DNA of 64,000 nt. Source: Lama glama. Its lineage: Eukaryota. Location of the stretch: positions 38,194,001-38,258,000 of the forward strand of contig CM052816.1 in the NCBI GenBank assembly GCA_028534125.1, given 5' to 3'. The translations under genes were made by a program, and so were the position numbers. Positions within the stretch are counted from its first letter, which is position 1. Each line of letters opens with the position of its first letter. Under the pieces are notes generated by a model that saw nothing but the letters and a program-made list of their open reading frames with translations, made no database searches and was not told the origin of the DNA. This document shows positions 50,824 through 62,414 of the stretch, piece after piece.

Positions 50824-53800
50824 CTTAAAAAAGAATGTTTCAAAATGCAAAGTTCAAAAAATTCTAGTTATTTACAAATTACTTTGTAAACAAGCTAATG
50901 TGTCAATCACATAGATTTATAACACTGCTGGATTTCTTAGACCTCTTACAAACCATGATTGACTCAGAGCCACTACTTATTTGTAGGGGGATGATTGCTT
51001 ACTGTCTACCTGCATGTAGCATTTTAATATAGTTTAAAGATCCGGTGGGGAACTTTTCTTTCTATTTTAAAACCTTCCAAGAGAGCTCTCCTTGATGATC
51101 TAGTTATCTTGGATCCAGCAATGAGCTGATTAGACACAAAAATGGTGAAGAGGAAGGGATCGAAGAAAAGAACAGAAAAAGGAAAGAAGAGGGAAAACTG
51201 ATTTCCATTGTGTCCCTATTTTATATCTGGTAGTAATTATGAAGCAAGTAACCAGTAGACAGATAAAGAGATTAAAGCTCCTAAAATCTCAGAATGGCAG
51301 TCTGCCATCCCATCAAAATTCACATAACAGGAGACCAGGAACAATCAGATTTGAAGCCTGGCTGATTATGAACTAGGTCTTTCAAGTAAAAAAAAGAGAA
51401 CAAAATCTTTCTTGTAAGACACTGCAGATATTTTCTATAGTAAACTTTAAAACCTGCAACCCTTCTGTTTTGCCATACAGTTTAATCATTGACTCTGATT
51501 TCTAAACTACAAAAGAGAGCAATGATTAAAATCGGCATGAAACAATAGCATTGAAGCTTCTTTTTTCTAAAGTGCACTGATCACACCTCCACTATGTCCC
51601 AGTCTCTCCTCTCACTTTTCCCCTAATGATTTAAAATGAAAAAGGTCAAGTCCTCACCTTCAGCTTTTGAGCTATATGCTAAAAAGCACAATATGCTTCA
51701 CAAGATTTATTCTCCTGTGAACATTTTCATTATGTTGTTCTATGGAGTAAATAAGCCTACTAGTTTCTCAAAAAGAAAGGTAAGTCATCTCCATGATACT
51801 AAAAGCTGTGGCAGCTTTTTGTTTCTTAATTTATTTTGTAAACATGACCGATTATGATAGTGTATGGGCATGTGACATCACCTGGCCCAGCCATACTGCA
51901 ACAGAGAGAATTAGGCAGTCCTTCAAATACTCTTGTCCTTTTGTTTTGTTATGTGGAGAGTAAATCCTTAAACAATAGCTTTTCACAGCAGCCAAGTGAA
52001 AAATATCCTTTGCCCACTGTACTCTGGGGAAATAATAGAAACTTTCTATTGAACCTAATTAAATTCTGCACTAATATGTTACTGACATTCAGGAAGGGGC
52101 AATACATCTCCTTTAACTTGTTTGATTTTTCATTTCATTATATAAATAATTTGGGGGAAATTATTTTCTAAAGAGCCATTTAAAAAATGTGTGGCAATTT
52201 ATTTTAGCTTTTAGTTTGTACACATCGGTCTAATTTGCAAACTTTAGGTATAAAGCTATGACACAGCTATTTTGTTTTTACTCCCATAATCCCATCTGTT
52301 AGAAAAAGTATAAGATATTATTCTAGCATTTTTCTCGGGATTTAGATGTCAGTAGCACTCTGACAAAAGAGGCAAGGTAAATAAGAACCAGTATAAAGAA
52401 GGGGTATATATTTCTAGGAGTTACATGAGATACTCTGCAGATATAAACATTTTTATTTATGTAGGAAATATTCTTTGTGAAACTCATGAACAGAGACACA
52501 GAAACAATTTAACACTGGATTCAAAATGTATTACAGTAAACATAACATTGAACCTGTATTTTATGTTTATCATACATAAAAGAAATCATGAAAGTATCCA
52601 TAGAATATTTGTAGAGCTATGAAAGATATGTCATAAAATCACTATTAAATTAATGTAACCATTAGTATGTTGATATATCTCCTTTTGTTATTTACTTAAA
52701 TGCCCACATATTTGTTAGCGATGTGGAAAATTTGAATTTATGTTACGTATATTAAGTTTCTATTTTCATTATGACAAATTATCCTTCAAAAATCACCATT
52801 TAAATAGCTGCATAAGATTCTGTCGTATAAATGTGTCATAATGTATTTACCCATTCTCTTTCTTTTTGGCCACTTACGTTGTTTACAACGGTCATAATTA
52901 TAACTCACATGAAAAGAAGCATATTTATGTAAATCTGCCTGTGTTTCCCCCTTGTTCAGTTACAGAGTGCTAATTGTGTTTTCATTGTAGAAATTAATAA
53001 ATTGTTTCTAGGATCTGCAAGATTATCACATATTATTTCAGTTTTCAGTGGCACTGAAGTCTGAAAATATCTCTTACATAATTTCATGAATATTTCAATA
53101 GGAACATGAGGGAGTACAACTTAGGGGCAGCTAGCCAATATCTTCGTTGTAAATCAATCTCTGTAATATCAGACAACCTGTACTCATTGACTTTGTTCTA
53201 GTCACAATATCACCTTATTCTTGCAGCATATGCCACAAGTTCCTACACAGAGAAGAACATCCTTACATATAACTTAAAAAGCACTCTCCTGCAGTTTCTA
53301 ACAGTTGGCAGTCTTTTGGTAACAGTAACTTTGACAAATGTGACACTGACAATATGAATGCATTAATGTCATCCATATCAATCATATCTAGCTTGAAGGG
53401 TCATTTTCAAAGTTAATCGCTTAAGGCAAAGTCACCAACTATTAATGTGCCTAAATAGTAACCGTTCAGAACACTGTGGACTTATGCCACCTTTAATCAT
53501 ATTTTAAGCAGTTTTGGAAAATATTTAATACGATTGTTCCAAAATACTTCCCAAATGAATAAATATATTTGCATATGCACATTATTACTATTTTCTTAAT
53601 TACACTTAAACCAATTCTGAATGTTAATTTGATTCTCTTTTTTAAATGTATTATTACTATGTCCACATTTCCACAAAAACCCATTTTTATATGCAACATG
53701 CTACTGTTTCTAAATAATTGTCAATTTTCAAATACTAAGTGGTAACAGAAAACAATAATTTGATGTAACATATAACCCAGCTGTGCATAAAAAGCAGTTA

Positions 53801-54289
53801 TATGAAAGACACATTTTAAAAAGAATACAAGGCATCAAAATAAATTACTTAGTAAATTGTATCATTGCAACTTATATTCTATGGAATTAAGCTAGTTTTA
53901 AATGTTATTGATTGGGTTTTATAAACCAGTTTTTACTAAAACTTTTGGATGAGAATTTAAAAGTTGGAAACGTGAATGACGGTTTAAAAAGGAGAGCATG
54001 AATATGTGGAAACCAAATTAAATCTACTTAGAAAAATGTTGAAATCCAAGTAATTTGGATCCCCTAAATCATCAGTGGTTCACATCCTGTTCCAAATGAG
54101 AAGTCCTCCTTTCAGCCAATCACTGCTGTAAAACTGAACGAGCTCAGTGTCAGATCAGCTCTGTGTATTCTTGCCACAACTTAAATAGGTTTAGCTTTCA
54201 AGCATAGATTGAGAGAAAAATTATATGCGGGGAAAAAAAAACCACTTATGAATAACTTCAAAGCATTACAACTTTTGTTTTATAACATA

Positions 54290-54570
54290 ATGATAAAAAC
54301 TGCCTGGGGTGAAATCCTGCACTGCTACTTACTAGCTCTGGGACCTTGTGAAAATTACTTAAACCCTCTGTGCCTCAGGTTTTTCATATGTAAAATGGTG
54401 ATAACAGTGATCATTCAGGGTTGTTAAGATAATTAAATGTCATCATATACAGGAAGCCACACATATTACTATACCACGATTTTTAAATTATTTTGATAAC
54501 TATATAAAATAATAATATACAGGAAGCATTTAGAACAGTTTGTGGCAGAGTAAGGGCTATATTAATGTTA
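54290..54570 (+). mobile_element. MIR
   Basis: gaaatcctgcactgctacttactagctctgggaccttg...ctctgtgcctcaggtttttcatatgtaaaatgg. Confidence 0.85.
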
Positions 54571-54899
54571 CATATGATTATTATCATGTGGATGGCTTTC
54601 CACTATGCTCCTTCTTACAGTCTGCTGCTGTGTACCAACTGCATCCAACAGCACAGGAAAAGAATATGCATACGTGAAGCTTATATTAACAACATCTATA
54701 ATTGATGTCAATGGGAGGTAAAACAGTTGTGAAAAACTCAAGTTCCCTAACATGGAGGAGACATTTAATATTTTTTATTCATAATCTCTATGTTACTCCT
54801 TATTTACTCCTCCTGTCACCCAATCTTTTGCACCCAGTCCCATCCATAACTGCTCACAGTGCTGCCTTCAGGAATGTATGGGCCGAGGTGCTCCGTTTT

Positions 54900-56040
54900 T
54901 ATTTACTAACTACTTTGGTTTTCATTTGCTCTTTTTCTAGTTTCTTAAGTTAGAGGTTTACATTACTGGTTTGAGACCTTTCTCCTATTCTTATAAAAGC
55001 ATTTAATGCTACAAATTTTACGCTCAGCAGTGCTTTGGCTGCCTTTCATAAATTTTGAAATGATTCCTTTCCTGATTCAGTTCAAAATAGTTTAAAATTT
55101 TTCTTGAGACTTTTTATGTGACCCATGGGATATCTGCAATTATTCTGTTTAATCTCCCAATACTGAGGAGTTTTCTAAATATAAATTCTAAATATAATTC
55201 TGTCATTGATTTCTGTTATAATTTGGGAACATAATTTGAATGATTTCTATTCTTTTAAATTTATTGAGGTTTGTTTTGTGGCCTGGAATAAGATATATAT
55301 ATATATATCTTGGAATAAGATATATATATATATATGTTACATATATATATATAAATATGTTACATATATATATATATAAATATGTTACATATATATAAAA
55401 CTTCATGTGCATTTTAAAATAGCATGTATTTGGCTATTTTTGAATGGAGTGTTCTATGAACATCAATTTGGCCTACTGGGTAGATAATGTTGGCCAATTC
55501 TTCTATGGTATATTGATTTACTGTCCACTTTTTGAGAGAGTAGTATTCAAGTCTCCAACTATCGTTTTAGTTTCTCAATTTTTCCTTTCAATTCTATCAC
55601 ATTTTTCTTCGTGTATTTTGAAGCTCTGTTGTTAGGATTAGTATGTGTATTGGTGAACTGACCCCTTTTTATCGTTATGAAATGATCCTATTACTAGTCT
55701 TATTTCATAATCTGAAATCTAGCCTCTTTATATTAATATAGACACTCTGACTATGAATTTTGCAGATGATCCAAATTCTCATTGCTAATTTTGGAGTGAT
55801 ATACTATTGTGACCTCTTACATCCTATGTGGAAACAGAACCTCTGACACTGTTTTTTATCAACCACAGTATCTGAAATTCCATTTTCTGGGATGTCCTCT
55901 CAGATTTGGACAATTTTTGTCTGTTAAGCTTGGTTTCTTTTGATGCCGTGAGCACTGTCTTTTTTTCTGGGTATGTGCAGATCTTTTAGTGGAAAATGAA
56001 GATCTGACTTAGGAGTTATTTCATTTTAAAACAGAAGCCT
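54900..56040 (-). mobile_element. Old LINE-1 ORF2 fragment with a TA-rich expansion at 55284-55398
   Basis: Minus-strand peptide relic PGHKTNLNKFKRIEIIQIMFPNYN, characteristic of the L1 endonuclease C-terminal region. Confidence 0.85.
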
Positions 56041-56269
56041 GACAATTGACCTTTAACTTAATTCTCATTAGAACTTGATTTTGATGACATATCTTCATTT
56101 CATGAAGCATATTGCCATTCTACAAAAAGAATAAGTGTGAGTCACAAAAAACTGAACATATTAGAGTGACCTTTCACAATAAGTTGCACATAAGTATAGT
56201 TAAAAAAATAAAGGTTATCAAATGTGTCTGGCTTTAATGCTTATAAATAAAATAATTTAAGAGTCTACT

Positions 56270-56520
56270 TAAATTGCAGCATAGCATAAATGTAAGAGCA
56301 CAGAACTGGAAATGAGAAGACTTAAATTTGAGACCTGCTTTCAAAGTTACCAATAACCTTAAAGAAGATATTTAGCAGCAAAAAGCCCCAGCTTCTCAGA
56401 GATAAGAAATGGATACAGTAAAACTACCTGATTAAACTATCAAGAGATTTATGATGAGGCACAAATTAAATACCTAGAGTGAGAGCACTTTAAAGGGTTA
56501 CACAATTATTTGCTTTTATT
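56270..56520 (+). mobile_element. MIR fragment
   Basis: gtaagagcacagaactggaaatgagaagacttaaatttgag pattern. Confidence 0.55.
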
Positions 56521-56966
56521 ATTAAGTTGATTTAGTTTTAGGTTGTTTGACAAAAGCTCTGAAGTAGCAACTTCATCCAGTTAGGCACTAGAGTTTTGAA
56601 ACTGTAATCACATACTGAGGTATAAACTAATATCTTAAGAGTAATGAGAAGCGTTGGCAACCTCTATTTCTGAACCCATGAATTTAGAAACGTGTTACTT
56701 GTTTGTTTTCCTTATGGGGATAGTATCAAGATCAAGTGTTGATAGAGATTTTCCACATTATCTACATTTCAATATTTTGTAATCCCCTTGTCTCCCTTAG
56801 GATGTTGTAACTTATAATTTGACACTGATGAGCAGTATTCAGATCAGGAAATAGCTTGGTTAGCTTTCTGGCAGCTTCATGCTGTCAGTCCCATCAGTTA
56901 ATCTCTTTTCCACATGCCAGCTTAACATTGCCCAGTCATCTGAAAGCTCTATGTAGGATCTCCCAC

Positions 56967-57025
56967 CTTCTTTTCTTGTTATAAGGAAGTTCCCTGAGTT
57001 TCTCTGTCATTATACATTCTTTAAC
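56967..57025 (-). other. Candidate exon, 59 nt
   Basis: ttactttaaaacag|GTTAAAGAATG...AAAAGAAG|gtggga; frame 0 open (VKECIMTEKLRELPYNKKR); splice sites only moderate. Confidence 0.25.
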
Positions 57026-58573
57026 CTGTTTTAAAGTAACATGACCCACTGCATGGTGTTCCCTTTATTTATGCAAATGTTCCAGACAATATCCTTAAAT
57101 GTCCAGAATTAAACATTTTCTCTCAATTTCAGAAGATGGAGCTCTGTTCAAAAAATGAGAATGCTACACAGTCCTTGCTTTAATTGCTGCCTGATAATCT
57201 CCAGACCTGAATAGCCCTGGAGACTCTGACACATAAAATGGCCTTCAGCTACACAGGGGTGGAGTTCATTACAAGTGTGTTTTAAGCTGGGAATATATCT
57301 CGAACTCACTGAAGGAGTATCAATGCCCTTGGGGTATTTGATAACTTGAACTATTATTTAAAGTGTAACAATAATAATACATTAAGAGAGAATAAAAAAG
57401 TAAGAAAAATGTAATTATAACTATGAGGACACATACATGCACACATCTTTAAGATAAATAAATACCATCAGATCTTTACAAAGAACAGGGCAAAATGAAA
57501 TTTCTCTGGAAAACAAAAATCATTATCAGTAAAATAACATTATTTTAACATGGCTGATTAATTGTAAAGATAAAAATGAAGTTTCTATCTAGTATAATAT
57601 TAGTGGCCCACGTTATTATAAACTTAAGTTTTAAATGAATTTTTTAAAAGGAAAATATAAATGTTGTCTCATAATATAATCCTATAATGTAAGTGAAACT
57701 CATTTATATATCAAACCTTAACAAGCTTTTCTCCTCAAAATACCTTTATCATGAACATAAAAATGTAAACTTGGTTTTGAGGTCTCTAGGCATTATATTT
57801 ATAGCTAAATCAATGGCAAATGCACATCTTGCATCAATCAACAGATTAAAGAATAAAGTTCACACATTTCAACAATAACAATAGTACACCCTGTAGTACA
57901 GTTTTCTCATTTCATTGAATCATGCTGAAAATAATTTCTGAGGCCAATGTACAGGCAGTCTTACATTAGGTTTTTCTCACGCGTGTGTGCGCCTTTTTTT
58001 CCTTAGTCACATATTAAATATTTGTCCTCTAAATTAACTGCATGGGTCAGGATTAAAGAAAGAAGAATGAGCACAATCCATGTCACTGAGAATTATTAAT
58101 TGGCCTCTGTGCATTATTTTTTCTTTGATGACTTAATTTAAAACTATTTTTGCTGAGAAATCTTTTGAAAGGGAACATGCAATTTTCAAAGAAAAGTTGT
58201 GAGACGAGCTGATCAAAGTGCCCATCAGCTCGAATAACATTTAACTGTGGGTGACCTGAAAATCCTCATAATGGAGCTTAATCACATAAGATGGAAAAAC
58301 AAAATGAACAGCAAGCATGGACATAGTGAGATAACCCTACGTTGCCAATCAAGCAAACAGTGCCTTAATGCTTCAGAGAAAAGACATCCATCAGTCTGCT
58401 GAAGTGATGGCCAACTTGGTACTAGTGTTGACCTCCTTATCTCCTACAGAGAAGAGGTCTGAGAACAAAGTATGGCCCCTTAAATAAAATAGCAGTAGAC
58501 ACAGTATTGCCAAGATCTTCCTAATGCTTACATTTATGTGGACATACAAGAATACAAAAAATAGAAATATTAC

Positions 58574-58591
58574 CTTGAGCATGATCCATTT
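58574..58591 (-). other. Candidate 18-nt micro-exon
   Basis: gtgtgctttttctgcttcctag|AAATGGATCATGCTCAAG|gtaata; frame-preserving length, TGC motifs in the pyrimidine tract. Confidence 0.35.
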
Positions 58592-60449
58592 CTAGGAAGC
58601 AGAAAAAGCACACATCACCATTTGAAATGTACAAAAATGGTTATCAAATTCATTTATTTTTACGTTACAGCATTTCATAAGTTATCATAAAATATTCACA
58701 ACTGCAAGATTTTATTCCAAGTGTTTTCCCCTTAGCTTTGTGTTTCTATGTAGGAAGTTCCAAAATTGAAGTTATTCTTTAAGCCCCTAAATTCAGAAAG
58801 AGAAGGCATTCCCTAGTGTTTCCCCCTTGGTATGTTCTGTATATAGTTGGAAGACATTAACTGGCTTCTTTGAGAGAACTCTATCAGTATTTTTGTGTCT
58901 CAACTGCAGAATATTGATGGAAAAAACAGACACAATATATCCGCTTGCCTCAATAAGCTCTACATAATGGATTATGCAGAAACTGCACAATGCTGCCCCT
59001 GTGTCCTTACTTTTTGCTCAATCAGAACACCTCAATTTTTTTCATAACTTATCTGACTATATTATTTGATTTCTATACAAACAATATTATATGGGCAAGT
59101 TGGTTTCTGTCTAAAAGTCAGAATTTTTTTGTTTTTAATAAAGAGAAAGCTTCCCCATTTCCAAAGACTTGGTTCCATAAGAGTCAAGTGACTTGCTCAG
59201 AGTCTCCTGAGCAGTTACAGGTTTCCCGCCAGGTCACTGCTACGGGTTAGTCAAGAGGAAATATTACCACACACATCCACTTGCACAGTCTCGCAGAGAA
59301 TCAAAACCATCAGCGACATGGATATTTAGTAGGTCTAGATTCTGATTAAATTTTTACTGTATAACAGAACTGTAAAACAAATTTAGAAAGGAAAAATACT
59401 AATTGTAGAAGTGCCTTAGTGACTGAGAGTTTTAAATTAAATTAGACTTCAGATACTGAGTTGTTCATATAGGTAAAATAATCCTCTCAGTATTTATTAG
59501 TAAGTTTTCTTACATCAAAGAATGTTGAAGGATAGAATTTGTTTTAAATAAAATTTAAGTATTAATTTGAGATCTCCATACATCTGCAAAATGAGTTCAG
59601 TTTTTAATAAAATCCAAGAAAATATAATCAACAGAAGTAATGTTTAAATGCCCATTCATCAGAAGGACATTCTACTCCTATTCTTTAAGGAAAAAAGAAC
59701 AAAATCACAGAAATAAGCATTGATTTGAGGCATCTTATGGGAGGGGGAGGACTTCTTGTATGTGGCTGCGGGATCCAAAAGGTGAAGTCTCCATGCCAAT
59801 AGTGACTTTTTTTAGTTGGTTTCCTTTATGAAGAGAGCCTGTTTCATATTTTATGCTCACAGACTAGAAAAAGCAGGCTTGTGGTAAAGCCATAGCAGTG
59901 GGAAGTAGTTTATGTTCTGAGCTTATGTGGGAATAACAAATCAAAACCAGACATATGTTTGGTTTAAAAAGTAAGGTTTTGTTACAGAAGATTTACTTAA
60001 CGTTTGAAATACTGAAGTGCTATTAGCCTGGGGTTTGGATAGGAATAGAGAAAAGTTAACAGGTTATATTTTTGCCAAAGTATTGATTTACATTTCACTG
60101 AAAACTTCTTGCTTATTTTACATTTTTCTCATATTCATGGAAACAGGAATCTGTACTCAGTATAAATATCAAGTTATAGTACAAATGATTAATAAAGGAT
60201 GTTAAAAGTCTGAATTTCTAAGAAAACTTGAATTTATTTCAGTTCTGAGACTAAGATACTTCTAAAATATGTCATATAGGTTCATTCTAGGCATAATTCA
60301 AATTAGCAATATTCAACTTAAAAGTTCACCTGTATCCTGTAGACTCAAATCAAAATGGTTTGTATTCCATCTACAGAGTTTCAAAACTGATATTACTGGA
60401 TGCAAAGCAAAACTAAATCAAGAATAACATGAACTGCTTTTGTTCAAAG

Positions 60450-60589
60450 ATAGCACAGGGATCTATATTCAATATCTCACAGTACCCTATACTGAAAAAT
60501 TATATATGTATGACTGAACTATTATGCTGTACACCAGAAACTGACACAACATTGTAAACTGACTATATTTCAACAAAAAAATTTAAAAA
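60450..60589 (+). mobile_element. Very short LINE-1 3' tail, same family as 2591-3434
   Basis: atagcacagggatctatattcaatatc...atgctgtacaccagaaactgacacaacattgtaaactgactata; probable TSD AAAGATAGCA / AAAAATAGCA. Confidence 0.9.
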
Positions 60590-61156
60590 TAGCAAATAAA
60601 GTACAATCCAAAAAAACTTCCTATTCTGTCCTCCTGATGTTAACACCTGCTTTACAGGTTAGAATTAGTAAACTGTCTCCCTCTCTTGCTTGATATTTTA
60701 CCTTTTTTTAAAAAAGATTTCCTAAACAAATTAAGTATAGCAACATTTTTTTAATTATTGAGAAAAATTCACTATTTTATTTCTTTTTGGTGTAAATCCT
60801 TCATTATATCCCCCATTTTTCATGTATGAAAAACATATGTGAATCACTTCTCCCTATACCAGTCACTGGATTATGCAAGGTAAAATGTGAATACAATATT
60901 TGTTTTATTTTCATTCAGTGAGAAATGCCATAATCACATTTCCCCTTGTGTGGACAATTTCCTGATATGGCACCAGCTTGGTCTCATATTGTTGAATTTA
61001 AAAATCTAATTTGGAAATGATTCCTGTTGATCTCCTTTTTACTGTGTTTTTCCAATACACTCATCCATCGGTACTGATTCTTGTGGTATAACTATTTCCC
61101 TTTATGTGGGTTTTTATGTAGAAGTCACCAGATATGTTCTTTAAATATTTCATTAC

Positions 61157-61242
61157 CTAGACTTTGCATACTGATGTGACTCAAAGTCATCTCATTTGCA
61201 ATTCATCTTTTACTATCATCAGGCAATACTAATAAATTTGAC
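61157..61242 (-). other. Candidate exon, 86 nt
   Basis: tgtttcaattatctttag|GTCAAATTT...AAGTCTAG|gtaatg; early stops in all frames, internal ATG at 61190 open to the donor. Confidence 0.3.
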
Positions 61243-62057
61243 CTAAAGATAATTGAAACATAATGAATTTTCATTCAACAAATCTTTAAAAGAGGAACAG
61301 TTAAGTTATCTTAATAATTTATTGAGAAAGGAAAAGACAATTATCTAGATATGAAAATTGTATGGGAAACTGAAACTGTTAAGAATAATTGTAATATTTA
61401 AAAATATAAAGTTCTTATATATATATAGGTATAGTGTCACACAAATAAAGGCAATCCTTACAGGCTTTTCTCATATAAAAAACATACAGATTTAGATACA
61501 TTAAATGTGAGAAAAAATATTCTCGGTTTGTTGTGTCATTTCAAAAGAATGCTGCTATTTTGAATGCTTTTAAGGAAATCATTGGCTAGCAAAGTGAACC
61601 GACAATATATTGATTCAAAATTGGGTAATCTTAATTCAAATGTTTATGTTCCATCAGAATAAAATCCATTCACTAATAGAGATTTAAATTTTATCTACTA
61701 ATTTAAATCCTAAAATGTCCTAAAATGATGTACTTTTGAAATATAATGTAAATAATTTTTATAACATTTTACATTCTTTATATTTTCTTACTTTTCTATG
61801 GCAGGTTTTATAATCTGGGTGAACTATCATTGAACTGAAAAAATAAAACTACTGTTGATCTAAAGCTCCAGCAAAGGTTTGAAAATGGTGATGTAAGAAT
61901 TTGATATATTGTTTATAAAAATTTTGATGTGTTGCTTGATGGAGCTGTTGATGTTAACTTTCCTAAGAATTCCTATGAAACTTCACACAAAAACATGATT
62001 TGTTTGGGTATAGTGCTGTCTTTGAACACACAATTGTAATTACAAATAAAAACAGAA

Positions 62058-62414
62058 GCTATGGTCTGAATGCTTGCATTTCCCACCCCCTACCATTAAA
62101 TTCATATGTTGAAAACCTAATAACCAAGATGATAGGAGGTGGGGATCCTATCCAAGGTGATTAGGTGTGAGAGTGTAACCCTCATGAATGAGATTAATGC
62201 CTTTATAAAAGAGGTACAAGAAAGTCCCTTGGCCCTTCTACAATGTCAGCGTTAATTAGTAGTCTGTAACCTAAAGAGTGTGTTCACCAGAACCTACTAC
62301 ACTGGAATCCTGATCTTGGAATTCCAGCCTCCAGAACAATGAAAAATGTTTCTACTAATTTTAAGCTACCCAGTCTGTGTTATTCTGTTATAGTAGCCAA
62401 AATGGACTGAGCCA
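62058..62414 (+). mobile_element. MaLR solo LTR (MLT1A-like)
   Basis: gctatggtctgaatg...aaattcatatgttgaaaaccta...ccctcatgaatgagattaatgcctttataaaagagg...aatggactgag. Confidence 0.9.

Noticed and set aside
58391..58582. ORF ending LAITSAD, reminiscent of a PDE4D N-terminal motif
   Set aside because: Followed immediately by a stop, with no upstream similarity.
58793..58903. Acceptor followed by an open frame LRHKNTDRVLSKKPVNVFQ...
   Set aside because: Ends in a stop with no good donor; no recognisable homology.
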